Shown here: positions 1 through 9,320 of the stretch, in pieces | Layout: each line of letters begins with the position of its first letter | How positions within the stretch are numbered: the stretch's first letter is position 1 | Source: Vicinamibacteria bacterium | GTDB taxonomy: Bacteria; Acidobacteriota; Vicinamibacteria; Marinacidobacterales; Marinacidobacteraceae | Direction of reading: 5' to 3' | Assembly: GCA_963555995.3 (NCBI GenBank) | Contig: OY821641.1 | Coordinates: 1,440,001-1,504,000, forward strand | Length of the DNA: 64,000 bases | Notes under the pieces: model-generated | The model's input: only the letters and a program-made list of their open reading frames with translations | Database searches by the model: none | Told to the model about the DNA's origin: nothing | Position numbers and translations under genes: made by a program

Positions 1-165
1 CCCCTCTTCGAGGGGGTGGTGCAGGCGACCGAGGAGGCCATCGTCAACGCCGTGGTGGCGGGCCGGGACATGGTCGGGGTCAACGGCCGCCGGATCTACG
101 GGCTGCCGCACGACCGGCTCCGCGACATCCTCCGGCGATACAACCGGCTGAGCGAACCGGAGTAG
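1..165 (+). CDS. 3' end of P1/S58 (DmpA-like) aminopeptidase, partial
   Basis: Frame 1 reads PLFEGVVQATEEAIVNAVVAGRDMVGVNGRRIYGLPHDRL to TAG at 163-165; the ATEEAIxNA motif is typical of the DmpA C-terminus. Confidence 0.75.
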   Translation, partial: PLFEGVVQATEEAIVNAVVAGRDMVGVNGRRIYGLPHDRLRDILRRYNRLSEPE

Positions 166-190
166 TCGCCGCCGGGGCTCGGCGGGCGGC

Positions 191-1780
191 TCAGCGCCGG
201 TGCGGTGGGGTCCCGTAGGGGTAGAACTCGCTCAGGTCCACGTTCTCGTAGGGCAGCGCGTCGAGGAAGGTGGTCCCCACGAACGGTTCGGGCGCCTCCA
301 CGATCTGGATGGTGCGCGCGTAGCCGGTCTCGTCGAAGCCGCGCCGGAAGTGGACGCGGGACTTGACCACGAACACCTCGTAGTCCTCGGGGTTGATCGG
401 CCCGATGCGGAACGCCTCCGGGTAGAGCACCTGTTCGTAGGCGGGAACGAGGAAGACGACGTTGCCGTCGCCGAAGGAGACGACCGCGATCCGGTCGTAG
501 CCGAAGCCCTCGTCGAAGTACTCGAGGGTCCCGGTGATCCGCCGGGGCGAGCCGCCGGAGGGGGTGAAGCCGCCGATTTCCTGGTCGAAGGGGTCGCCCG
601 GCTGGGCGTCGGTGGCTGCGAGGGTCTCGAGGGTGGCCGGTGAAGAGATCGTGCCGTAGAGCGTATTGCCGATGCCCGCCGCCAGGAAGGCGTTCAGGAT
701 GTGCGTCGCGTCGCCGGGACGGTCGCTGTGGTCGCCCACCGCCACCGGCGTCTCCCCGGCGGCGATGGCCGCCGCCACGATCCGCGCGGCCTCCGCGGGT
801 CGGGGATAGGTGCCGAGGGCGAAGTCCTCGCGGACCCGCCAGATGAAGTCGTCCATGTCGTCGGCGATCCGGTCCGCGAGTTCCTGGTCGCCGTTCGTCA
901 TGACGTGGACGGTCGCGCCCACGTCGGGCACGTCCGACCAGGGATAGCCGTAGAAGACGCTCACCCAGGCGTCGTGCTCGCGCGCCTCCCAGCGCCGCGC
1001 CCGCTCCATGATGTCCATCGCGGGGGACTGGCCGGTCCACTGCAGCACGGTGGCGGTGATGACCCCCGGTTTGCGGGTCGCGGTGGTGGGCTCGTACTCG
1101 CCCCGCGCGGTGATCCGCAGCGCGCGGGCGGCGCGTTCACCCTGGATGTAGGAGTCGTAGTGGGGGAAGCGCTTGGTCACGAAGGCGAAGTCGGCATGCT
1201 CGAGGAACTCCCCGTCCTCGTTCCCGTGCAGGTCGAAGGTGCCGGCGATGGGCACGTCGGGACCGACGATCTCACGGAACCGGCGGGCGATCTCGGCTTC
1301 GGGACGCGGGACGTCCCGCACCGCCATCGCCCCGTGGAGCGCGAGATAGACCCCGTCCACCGGCAGTTGTTCCTCGAGCTCGGCGAGCATCGCGTCCAGG
1401 AAGTGGTCGAAGGTCTCCCTGGTATTCCAGCTTCGTGAGGAGCCCCCGAACACTCCCACCGGCGAACTCAGCGGTACGAGCTCCACGTCGCCGAACTCGC
1501 GGGCGCGCTTGACGAAGCCGCCGACGTAGCCGCCCGACCCGAGCAGCGCCTCGCCGGAAACGGGCTCGCTGACCTGAAGCCAGTCGTCAATTTCGGTGTC
1601 GCCGCCGGGACAGAAGGTGCAGGTCTCGTGCGCGAAGCGCGCCACCGCGATGCGGAGGTTGGGTTCGGCGGGAGGGGCGCCGCACGCGCAGAGCGCCGCG
1701 GTCGCGGCGGCGGCCAGCAGCGCCAGCCGCAGGAGTCGCCGGTCGGCGGCGGGGTGATCTGAAAACCGGTTTCGCATCAT
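191..1780 (-). CDS. M81 family metallopeptidase (MlrC-like), lipoprotein
   Basis: HETCTF, LALHGAM, DLHGN and VVKSRVHFR motifs; N-terminal signal ending in LCAC. Confidence 0.85.
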   Translation of the reverse strand: MMRNRFSDHPAADRRLLRLALLAAAATAALCACGAPPAEPNLRIAVARFAHETCTFCPGGDTEIDDWLQVSEPVSGEALLGSGGYVGGFVKRAREFGDVELVPLSSPVGVFGGSSRSWNTRETFDHFLDAMLAELEEQLPVDGVYLALHGAMAVRDVPRPEAEIARRFREIVGPDVPIAGTFDLHGNEDGEFLEHADFAFVTKRFPHYDSYIQGERAARALRITARGEYEPTTATRKPGVITATVLQWTGQSPAMDIMERARRWEAREHDAWVSVFYGYPWSDVPDVGATVHVMTNGDQELADRIADDMDDFIWRVREDFALGTYPRPAEAARIVAAAIAAGETPVAVGDHSDRPGDATHILNAFLAAGIGNTLYGTISSPATLETLAATDAQPGDPFDQEIGGFTPSGGSPRRITGTLEYFDEGFGYDRIAVVSFGDGNVVFLVPAYEQVLYPEAFRIGPINPEDYEVFVVKSRVHFRRGFDETGYARTIQIVEAPEPFVGTTFLDALPYENVDLSEFYPYGTPPHRR

Positions 1781-2055
1781 TTCCTGTCCTCGTGAGTGGG
1801 TGGTTGGGGGATGGCGCGCGTCCGGGCGGCAGCGCCACGATGGTCACGCCGATCAGGATCCGGTAGCCGACGTTACCCGCGGCGAGAGGATACGCGCATT
1901 GGCCCTCCTCGCATGACGATGGCCCGGCGGGATGCCGGCCATGACGCGGCGGCGGATTCGGAGTCCAGCGACTTGCCGGGTGGTGCACGCGATCGGAGCC
2001 GGCCGTGGTGGCTCGTTGGCGGGGGCGTGGGGTGCGGTCCCGCGCCGGGTTCGGA

Positions 2056-2084
2056 TTGCGCGGCGCAGCCGCCACTCCTATACT
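2056..2084 (+). promoter_or_regulatory. sigma70-type promoter for the NYN gene leader
   Basis: TTGCGC (2056-2061), 17-bp spacer, TATACT (2079-2084). Confidence 0.65.
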
Positions 2085-2090
2085 CCGATC

Positions 2091-2334
2091 GCGAAAGACG
2101 AACACGACGCCTGGTTAGCGTCACCCATCCAAAGAAGGGCCTTGTTGCCCTCACGCGGCCAGGCGTCAACCTTGCGAACAGAAACGGGACGCGGAGGGAG
2201 ATCCTCCGGACCGCGTTCCCCGGCTTGGGCTCGCTGGCCGAGAGACCGGAATGGCTGGCGGTCCGGCGTCGGCGTCCGCCTGGCTGCGATCGGCTGGCGC
2301 ATTCCGCCCGGCCCGGGTGGAGGAGGAGGCACTC
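2091..2334 (+). ncRNA. candidate structured leader or cis-encoded RNA upstream of NYN RNase
   Basis: Stem GACGCCTGGTTAGCGT (2106-2121) / ACGCGGCCAGGCGTC (2153-2167) enclosing AGGGC-CTTGTT-GCCCT; second hairpin at 2186-2220. Confidence 0.4.
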
Positions 2335-3015
2335 GTGCGGAGGGCGGCGCTGCTCATGGACGGCGGGTACGTCATCAAGAAGTTGGAGGGGCCCCGCCAT
2401 CGGTTCCCGTCTGCGACAACCATTCGGCGGCTGGCTGCGGAACTGGTTTCCGAGGCCGGTCTGCTGAACCTCTATCGGGTTTTCTTCTACCACGCCGATC
2501 CTTACCGCGGCTCGCTGCGGAGGCCGATGTTGGGGGAGCGAATCCACTTTGAAAGCACCAGGACGGCTCGAGACCACCGTCGGCTGCTCCAGGAGTTGGA
2601 AGGATCACGGGATTTCGCCGTGCGCCGCGGTGAAGTGGTGTTCCGGGGCTGGCGCATCCGCCGGGCGGTGCAGCGCCAGCTCCAGGCCGAGCCCGAGAGG
2701 CCGATTGCGGCCGGCGACTTCGTCCCCGACCTGGTGCAAAAGGGCGTAGACATGCGGATCGGCCTCGATATTGCCGCGCTGGCGCTCAAGCGGCTGGTGG
2801 ATACCGTCGTTGTGGTGAGCGGCGATGCCGACATGGTTCCCGCGATGCGTTTCGCACGCCGGCAAGGATTGCGGGTGGGACTCTGCACCCTCGGCGTCCG
2901 GGGAGCCAACCGCGAACTCCGCGCCCATGCGGACTTCATGCTGGACTGGACACCGGAAACGGCGCCCGCCGCTACGGCCGCCGCCGTTCCCGTTTCGCCA
3001 GCATCAGGTCACTGA
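2335..3015 (+). CDS. NYN (LabA/DUF88, PIN-like) domain ribonuclease
   Basis: DGGY, YRVFFYHA, QKGVDMRIGLDI and VSGDADMVPA motifs; GTG start after SD AGGAGGAGG. Confidence 0.85.
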   Translation: MRRAALLMDGGYVIKKLEGPRHRFPSATTIRRLAAELVSEAGLLNLYRVFFYHADPYRGSLRRPMLGERIHFESTRTARDHRRLLQELEGSRDFAVRRGEVVFRGWRIRRAVQRQLQAEPERPIAAGDFVPDLVQKGVDMRIGLDIAALALKRLVDTVVVVSGDADMVPAMRFARRQGLRVGLCTLGVRGANRELRAHADFMLDWTPETAPAATAAAVPVSPASGH

Positions 3016-3943
3016 GCTTCTGCCCTTGCCCGGGCTCCGACCAGGGGCAGACCTCGATGCAGATGGCGCAGCCGTAGGTCTTGGTGAAGTAGGGAACGCA
3101 CTTGTCGAAGTCCACGTACCAGCGCTGCTCCCCCCGGATCCACTGTTTTTCCTCGTGGATCGCGTCGGGGGGGCAGTCCATCACGCAGCGGCGGCAGCGC
3201 GTGCAGACGTCGTCCACCCCGATGTCCCGCGGGGCGTCCAGCGCGAGCGGCATGTCGGTGAGGACCGCGGCGAGCCGGAAGTTGGAGCCGTGCTCGCGGC
3301 TGATCATCGAGCCGTGCTTGCCGAGTTGGCCGAGTCCCGCCCGGACCGCGAGCGGGATGTGGAGGATGTCGGTGGCGTTCGGGTCGCCATAGGCCTTGGC
3401 GGGGAAGCCCCGGCGGCGGATCGTCCTGCCGAGCCGCATGGCGATGAGGCCGATCCGGCGGTAGGTCCGCATCACCTCGGCCGCCCCGCGGGGGCGCGCC
3501 GCATGCGCCATTTCCTCCCGGACCATCGGGAGCCCGATGCAGATGGCGGTGTGGTACGGCGCCTCGCGCCCCTCGAAGACGTCCGTTTCCCGGATCTCGG
3601 CGATCCCGACGAGGCTCGCCCCCGCGGCGCGGGCGGCGCTCTTCACGAACGCGGCATTCGCCTCGGGGCCTTCGTCCACGACCCGGCGCGCCACCGGGCC
3701 CCGCTCCTTCCGCAGCTCGAACTTGTTGAGGAGCCGGTGCCGCACCACCTGCCAGGGGTTCACGCACATGAAGAAGTCGTCGAGTCCCTGCCATTCGATG
3801 GGTCGGCTCGAGTCGGCGTTGTGGAACACCTGGGTGGCCCGGCGCGGCTCGCGTTCCCCGAAGCCGTTGATCTCGTTGCCCGAGCGCGGCGGAACCCGGT
3901 AGCCGAAGGCGTACTCGGCGCGCGGGACGTCGCGGATCTTCAT
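2972..3943 (-). CDS. reductive dehalogenase/QueG-like cobalamin 4Fe-4S dicluster protein
   Basis: AGLGQLGKHG...GSNFRLAAVLTD, CxxCxxCxxxCP and C-x9-CxxCxxxCPW motifs; start chosen at MKIRD. Confidence 0.75.
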   Translation of the reverse strand: MKIRDVPRAEYAFGYRVPPRSGNEINGFGEREPRRATQVFHNADSSRPIEWQGLDDFFMCVNPWQVVRHRLLNKFELRKERGPVARRVVDEGPEANAAFVKSAARAAGASLVGIAEIRETDVFEGREAPYHTAICIGLPMVREEMAHAARPRGAAEVMRTYRRIGLIAMRLGRTIRRRGFPAKAYGDPNATDILHIPLAVRAGLGQLGKHGSMISREHGSNFRLAAVLTDMPLALDAPRDIGVDDVCTRCRRCVMDCPPDAIHEEKQWIRGEQRWYVDFDKCVPYFTKTYGCAICIEVCPWSEPGQGQKLSDLMLAKRERRRP

Positions 3944-3953
3944 CGCCAGGCGG

Positions 3954-4169
3954 TCAGCTCGCGTCCTCTTCCGGTTCTCGGCGGAACGGGCCGTGGTCCA
4001 GCCAGATCGTGCCTCCGGACCGCTCGGCCGCGGCGTAGCGGCGCCGCACCGCGCGCCCCACGGTGAGGAAGAAGAAGACGAAGCGGAACGAAGCGAGGAA
4101 GAACCGGAGCGTCTGGAACCGGCGGAAGAGGAAGCCGCCGAGGCCGCGCGCGGTTTCGTCGAGGGGCAT
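3954..4169 (-). CDS. small hydrophobic hypothetical protein (71 aa)
   Basis: ORF MPLDETARG... with Phe-rich hydrophobic stretch; ends 10 bp before the dehalogenase-like start. Confidence 0.5.
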   Translation of the reverse strand: MPLDETARGLGGFLFRRFQTLRFFLASFRFVFFFLTVGRAVRRRYAAAERSGGTIWLDHGPFRREPEEDAS

Positions 4170-4241
4170 CCGGGGCTCAGCCCTCCGTCGCGAGACTTCG
4201 TGAACGCCGAATCGCGGCGCGTAGCGCCGCGGGGGTGGGGT

Positions 4242-4266
4242 GTGGGGAGGGGTTTCCCCTCCCCAC
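4242..4266. repeat. perfect 11-bp hairpin
   Basis: GTGGGGAGGGG-TTT-CCCCTCCCCAC. Confidence 0.7.
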
Positions 4267-4306
4267 GAAAGATGGTGGCGTGTATCGCGTAGCGATTGGC
4301 GCCACC

Positions 4307-4400
4307 GCCCCGTGGTGAGAACACCCCGCACCAGCCACCGGAAGTCCCGCCTGCCGGATCTGCAGGTTCGTAGGGGTGCGGGGCGTTCTCACCACGGGGC
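4307..4400. repeat. 26-bp inverted repeat (REP-like or terminator)
   Basis: GCCCCGTGGTGAGAACACCCCGCACC and its reverse complement with 1 mismatch, 42 nt apart, just after the upstream gene stop. Confidence 0.7.
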
Positions 4401-4402
4401 TG

Positions 4403-6490
4403 TCAGTTGCCGCCGGTGTCCGGCTCGGGATCCTTGAGCCGGACCGCCCAGAGGCCGCTGTTGAAATCGGCCAGGAAGATCGTGCCCTTGTGGGGCTGGG
4501 GGCCCCAGGTGAAGGCGGCGTTCGCGAGGAACCCGTCGTTGTCCTCCGGGAAGAAGCGGGCGATCTGGCGGCCCTGCCGGTAGAGGTCGCCGAGCAGGTC
4601 GCCCGAGACGTCCACGACCCGCAGGCCGGCGTCGTAATAGCCGACGTACATGATCTCCTCCTCCCAATCCACCCAGAGGTTGTGCGGCCCGGAGTCGGCG
4701 AGCTCGAAGCGGGCCACCTCCTCGGGGTTCTCCGGGTCGGTGAAGTCCACGAAGTGGAGCCAGCCCTTGGCCCGCGAGGGGATGCCCTCCTCCCAGAGGA
4801 TGCCGCCCCCGTCGGGCCGGCGCGGGTTCAGGTAGAAGGCCTCGTCACCGCCGATCACGTAGAGCTTGCCCGTCGAGGGGCTGCGGAAGGGCCACACGGC
4901 GTGGTTCCAGCCCGTGATCTGCGGGAAGCGTCCCATCTCGACCGGGGTGTTCGGGCTGCCGCCCAGGCCGCCGCCGCCCACGTCCACCATGATGAGGCCG
5001 TCGCTGCGGCCCGCCTGGTAGGCGATGCCGTCCCGGATCCAGACGTCGTGCACCGACCGTCCGGGGGTGTCCGTCTCGAAGCGGGACACCCGGAACGGGT
5101 TCCGGGGGTCCTCCACGTTCACCACGTCCCAGCGCCGGCCGTTGTTCACCGCATAGACGTGGTTGTTGTCGAGGAAGACGTTGTGCACCCCGCCGGTGAG
5201 CCCCTGGTCGAAGGAACTCAGGATCTCGGCGTCGTGCGGATCGGTGCAGTCAATCATCACGATCCCGTTCCGCCGGTTCGAGGCGCCCTCGCGGCTGATC
5301 ACGCAGAGGGTCCCGTCCTCGGAGACCTTCACGTCGTTCACGGTGCGGGCGTCCACCTGGACCGTGTCGATGAGTTCCATGTTCCGGGGGTCGGTGACGT
5401 CGTAGAAGTAGGCGTGCCCCTCGGCGTTCCAGGTGCCGTGCACCGCGTAATCGCGCCCGTCCACGCCCTCCCAGACCCAGAGGTCCCCGGTCACCCGGTC
5501 GGAGACCCGGGCGTGGCCGAGGAACTCGACCTCGCGCTCCACGTTGCGGGGGACCACCCGGACGGTCCGGCGGGCCAGCCGGTCGCCGCTCATCGCCACC
5601 ACGGTGTACACCCCCGGCTGCTCCGCGACGAACCGCCCGTCGGGCGTGACCTGCGCCGCCGCGCCGGCCCCGAGCGACTCCGGCCGGAACGCGTCCGGAC
5701 GGGACTCCACCGCGAACCGGATCGCCGGACCCGTGATCTCGTCCCCGGAGGCGTCGAGCGCGGCGGCCCGGAACTGCAGCACGTCCCCGGTGCGGACCTC
5801 GGTCCGGTCCGGCGCTTCGAGCGCCACCCGGGCGGTCGGATTGGGCAGGACCTCGACCTCGTGGTAGATCGTCATCTCGCCGTGCATGGCGGCCACCTGC
5901 ACCGACCCGGCGGTGAGGAAGGACGCCATCCCGACCTGGTCCACCACGGCGATGCTGCTGTCGCTGGTGGCGTAGCCCGCCTCGAGTCCGCGGCGGACCG
6001 CTCCCGCCGCGTCGCGTCCCGCGAGCGGGAATCGCACCTCGGTGCCCGCCCACACCCGGGGCGGCGCGTCCTCGAAGAAGATGTCGGCCAGCGAGGGGGT
6101 GCTCACGCTCACCCGGATCGAAGCCCGCAGGCCGGGGTCCCGGCTGCTGTAGTAGTCCCAGTTGCCGTCGAACGCCTGGTCCGGCAGCAGCGCCGTGACT
6201 TCGTGCTCCCCGGGCTGGTTCGCCGAGACGTGTCCGCCCGGCGTCACCGTCAACGCCCGCCGGTTGCCGGAGAAGAAGACCACCCGGGCGTCGGCGACCG
6301 GGTTGCCGGCGTTGTCCGTCACCGTCGCCGTGAGTTGCGCCGTTGCGCCGATCTCGAGGGTGAGGGCCGCGGGCTCGATGACGATGGTGGCGCCGGGCCG
6401 CGCCTCCTGGCCCGAGGCCGCGCCGAGCGCGAGGCTGAGCAGAGCGGCGGCCGCGGCGGCGCGGCGAAAGCGGATGGACGGACGGGGCAT
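4403..6490 (-). CDS. secreted Ig-like domain + LVIVD-repeat protein
   Basis: Signal peptide MPRPSIRFRRAAAAAALLSLALG after SD AAGGAG; Big-2-like repeats; YFYDVTDP, DVVNVEDP and LRVVDVS repeats. Confidence 0.75.
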   Translation of the reverse strand: MPRPSIRFRRAAAAAALLSLALGAASGQEARPGATIVIEPAALTLEIGATAQLTATVTDNAGNPVADARVVFFSGNRRALTVTPGGHVSANQPGEHEVTALLPDQAFDGNWDYYSSRDPGLRASIRVSVSTPSLADIFFEDAPPRVWAGTEVRFPLAGRDAAGAVRRGLEAGYATSDSSIAVVDQVGMASFLTAGSVQVAAMHGEMTIYHEVEVLPNPTARVALEAPDRTEVRTGDVLQFRAAALDASGDEITGPAIRFAVESRPDAFRPESLGAGAAAQVTPDGRFVAEQPGVYTVVAMSGDRLARRTVRVVPRNVEREVEFLGHARVSDRVTGDLWVWEGVDGRDYAVHGTWNAEGHAYFYDVTDPRNMELIDTVQVDARTVNDVKVSEDGTLCVISREGASNRRNGIVMIDCTDPHDAEILSSFDQGLTGGVHNVFLDNNHVYAVNNGRRWDVVNVEDPRNPFRVSRFETDTPGRSVHDVWIRDGIAYQAGRSDGLIMVDVGGGGLGGSPNTPVEMGRFPQITGWNHAVWPFRSPSTGKLYVIGGDEAFYLNPRRPDGGGILWEEGIPSRAKGWLHFVDFTDPENPEEVARFELADSGPHNLWVDWEEEIMYVGYYDAGLRVVDVSGDLLGDLYRQGRQIARFFPEDNDGFLANAAFTWGPQPHKGTIFLADFNSGLWAVRLKDPEPDTGGN

Positions 6491-6658
6491 GGTGGAACTC
6501 CTTGAACCGGAGGCGGACGCTCCGGAGCGGCGGGCTGTCGAAATTAGCGGAAACGCCTCGATCCATGCTACGCGCGGCCTCCGGGCGCCTCCCCGAACGG
6601 TCCGGCAGACCGCGATCGGGCCCGCGCGCATAGGATTCCGCACTCCACCCCGGTATCC

Positions 6659-9250
6659 ATGACCCTCGAAGCCCTCTGGCCGCTCCTCCTGCTGCCGCTC
6701 CTCGGCGTGGTGGTGCTGGTGGCGCTCCGCTCGGACCTCCGCTGGCCGAAGCTGCGGCTGCGCGCCTCGCTGGTGCTGCGGCTGCTCGCCGCCGCCTTCC
6801 TGCTGCTCGCGCTCTGCCGGCCGGTGGTCCGCGCCGGATCGCGGGAGGTGGCCGTGGCGTTCGTGGTGGACGTCTCCCGCAGCGTGGCCTCGGGGGCGAT
6901 GCAGGACGCGGTCGCCTGGGCCCGGGAGGCAAGCCGGGCGCTCGGCAGCGACGACGCGCACTTCGTGGCCTTCGCCGACCGCGCGGTGTCCGTGCCGGAC
7001 GCGGACGCGCTGCTGGAGGTCCAGGTCTTCGACAGCGGGGCGGCGGCGGGGCTTCCGCCTCCGGACGCGCTGGACCAGGGCCGGACGAACATCGAGGCGG
7101 CGCTTCGCCACGCCGCGGCGCGCCTCCCGCCCGACCGGCTGAAGCGGGTGGTGCTGTTCAGCGACGGCAGGGAGACGGAGGGCGATACCGCCGCGGCGCT
7201 GGCGTTCCTCAAGGAGGCGGGCGTGCGGGTCTTCCCGGCTCCGTCGGGGGTGCGGAGCGACGGCGGCGGTTTCGTGAACGCGATCCGGCTGCCGCCCGCC
7301 GTGCGGGCGGGAGAGATGACCGGGGTCGAGGCCGAGGTGTTCTCGGCGGCCGGCGGCCCGGCCGAGATCCGGGTCCTCGCCGACGGCGAGGTGCTGGCCG
7401 CCATCGAGGTCGAACTCCCGCCCGGCGCTTCGACCGTGCCGGTGCCGGTGCGCATCGAGGATCCGGGCATGACGGTCCTCGAAGCGGAGATCCGGGTGGC
7501 CGGCGACCGCCTTCCGGTCAACGACCGGCGGGCCGTCGAGGTGCCGGTGGAAGAAGAGGCGAGCGTGCTCTACGTCGAGGGGCAGCCCGAGAGCGCCCGG
7601 TACCTCAGGACGGCGCTGGAGTCCGAGGGCGTCACGGTGAACACCGCCCCGGCGTCGGCGCTTCCCCGGCTCGACCTCAACACCTGGGACGCCGTGGTGT
7701 TGAGCGACGTGGCCCCCGACCGGCTTCCCGATCCGGTGATGGAGCAGGTGGCGGCCTACGTCCGCGACGAGGGCGGGGGGCTGGTGTTCGCCGCGGGCGA
7801 GTCCAGCTACGGGGAGGACGGGTACTCGGAGTCGGTGCTCGAAGAGGCGCTGCCGGTGGACTTCCAGATCGAGGAGAAGTGGAAGGACCTGTCCCTCGTG
7901 ATCGTGCTGGACAAGTCCTACAGCATGTACGGGAGGAAGATCGCGCTGGCCAAGGAGGCCACCAAGGCCGCGCTGGATCTGCTCGAGGACACCCACCGCT
8001 TCGGCGTCGTGACCTTCGACTGGAACCCCTACACCACGATCCCCCTGCAACTGGTCACCGACCGGGAGTGGATCAAGGAGGGGATCAGCCGGATCCAGGC
8101 GAGCGCCCAGACGAACATCTATCCCGCCCTCGACCGCGCCTACGAACAGCTCATCGAGAGCCCTTCCAAGGTCAAGCACGTGATCCTGCTCTCGGACGGG
8201 AAGACCTATCCCGACGACTACGAGGAGCTCGTCATCCGGATGATGGAGGACGAGATCACCATCTCGACCGTGGCGGTGGGCGAAGAGGCCGACCGGGAAC
8301 TGCTCTCGGACATCGCCGAATGGGGCGACGGACGCAGCTACTTCATCCGGGACGCGGGACGGGTGCAGCAGATCTTCGTCGAGGAGACCCAGATCGCCCT
8401 CGACGCCACCCTGGTCGAGGAGCCGTTCCGCCCGGTGGTGCGGCAGATGGCGCGCGTGCTCGAGGGGCTGGACTTCGACGCCGCCCCGGAACTCAAGGGC
8501 TTCGTGGCGACGATGGCGAAGGACACCGCGGAGGTGCTCCTCGAAGGCCCCGACGAGGAGCCGCTCCTCGCCCGCTGGCAGTACGGGCTCGGCCGGGCGT
8601 CCATGTTCACCTCCGACTGCAAGAACCGCTGGGCCGCCGACTGGGTGGAATGGGACGGCTACGGCAAGTTCTGGACGCAGGTGGTGCGCGACGCGATGCG
8701 CCGGGGAGAGGGCGCCGATCTCGACTTCGAGGTGTCCCGGCGCGGGAACGCCGCCGACGTGCGCCTGTCGCTGATCCGCGAGGACGGCAGCTATCCCGAG
8801 GACGTGGCGCCCGAACTCGAGATCTCGTACGCCGGGCTCGTGGGCCGCACCACGATCCGGCAGACCGGCCCGGGAAGGTTCGAGGCCGAGGTGCCGCTTG
8901 ACCTGCGTCCCGGCGACACGGCGCGCTTCCGCATCGTCGGCGAGTCGCTTCCCGACGATCTCGCCGAGGGCGCCGACCTCGAGCGGGCCATCCACCTGAG
9001 CTATCCCGACGAGTACCGCTTCCTGCCGGCGGACGGCGAGGCCCTCGCGGCGCTGGCCGCGGAGACGGGCGGCGTCGTGGCGCCGACCCCGGCGCAGGTG
9101 CTCGCGACCGCCGGCGACCGGGTGGTGCGCTCGCGCGCCCTGTGGCCGCTGCTCGCGCTGCTGGGCCTGATCGCCTACCTGCTCGACCTCTCGGTCCGCC
9201 GCGTCCCCTGGCTCTGGACGCGGATCGGCCGGCAGTTGCGGCCCGCCTGA
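6659..9250 (+). CDS. membrane-anchored VWA domain protein with GATase-like domain
   Basis: Two MIDAS motifs (DVSRS, DKSYS), FSDG/LSDG, WQYGLGR; N- and C-terminal TM segments. Confidence 0.8.
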   Translation: MTLEALWPLLLLPLLGVVVLVALRSDLRWPKLRLRASLVLRLLAAAFLLLALCRPVVRAGSREVAVAFVVDVSRSVASGAMQDAVAWAREASRALGSDDAHFVAFADRAVSVPDADALLEVQVFDSGAAAGLPPPDALDQGRTNIEAALRHAAARLPPDRLKRVVLFSDGRETEGDTAAALAFLKEAGVRVFPAPSGVRSDGGGFVNAIRLPPAVRAGEMTGVEAEVFSAAGGPAEIRVLADGEVLAAIEVELPPGASTVPVPVRIEDPGMTVLEAEIRVAGDRLPVNDRRAVEVPVEEEASVLYVEGQPESARYLRTALESEGVTVNTAPASALPRLDLNTWDAVVLSDVAPDRLPDPVMEQVAAYVRDEGGGLVFAAGESSYGEDGYSESVLEEALPVDFQIEEKWKDLSLVIVLDKSYSMYGRKIALAKEATKAALDLLEDTHRFGVVTFDWNPYTTIPLQLVTDREWIKEGISRIQASAQTNIYPALDRAYEQLIESPSKVKHVILLSDGKTYPDDYEELVIRMMEDEITISTVAVGEEADRELLSDIAEWGDGRSYFIRDAGRVQQIFVEETQIALDATLVEEPFRPVVRQMARVLEGLDFDAAPELKGFVATMAKDTAEVLLEGPDEEPLLARWQYGLGRASMFTSDCKNRWAADWVEWDGYGKFWTQVVRDAMRRGEGADLDFEVSRRGNAADVRLSLIREDGSYPEDVAPELEISYAGLVGRTTIRQTGPGRFEAEVPLDLRPGDTARFRIVGESLPDDLAEGADLERAIHLSYPDEYRFLPADGEALAALAAETGGVVAPTPAQVLATAGDRVVRSRALWPLLALLGLIAYLLDLSVRRVPWLWTRIGRQLRPA

Positions 9251-9320
9251 CGCGCGCGGTCAACAGCCGCGGGCGTAGAAGGCGCCGGTGCGGCGCGACC
9301 CGGACGAGAAAGAACGGCGA

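Noticed and set aside
4403-8995. 1530-aa ORF, and likewise the 1941-aa ORF at 38181-44006, as giant fusion proteins
   Set aside because: The N-terminal parts overlap other genes; signal-peptide starts lie at 6490 and 42062.
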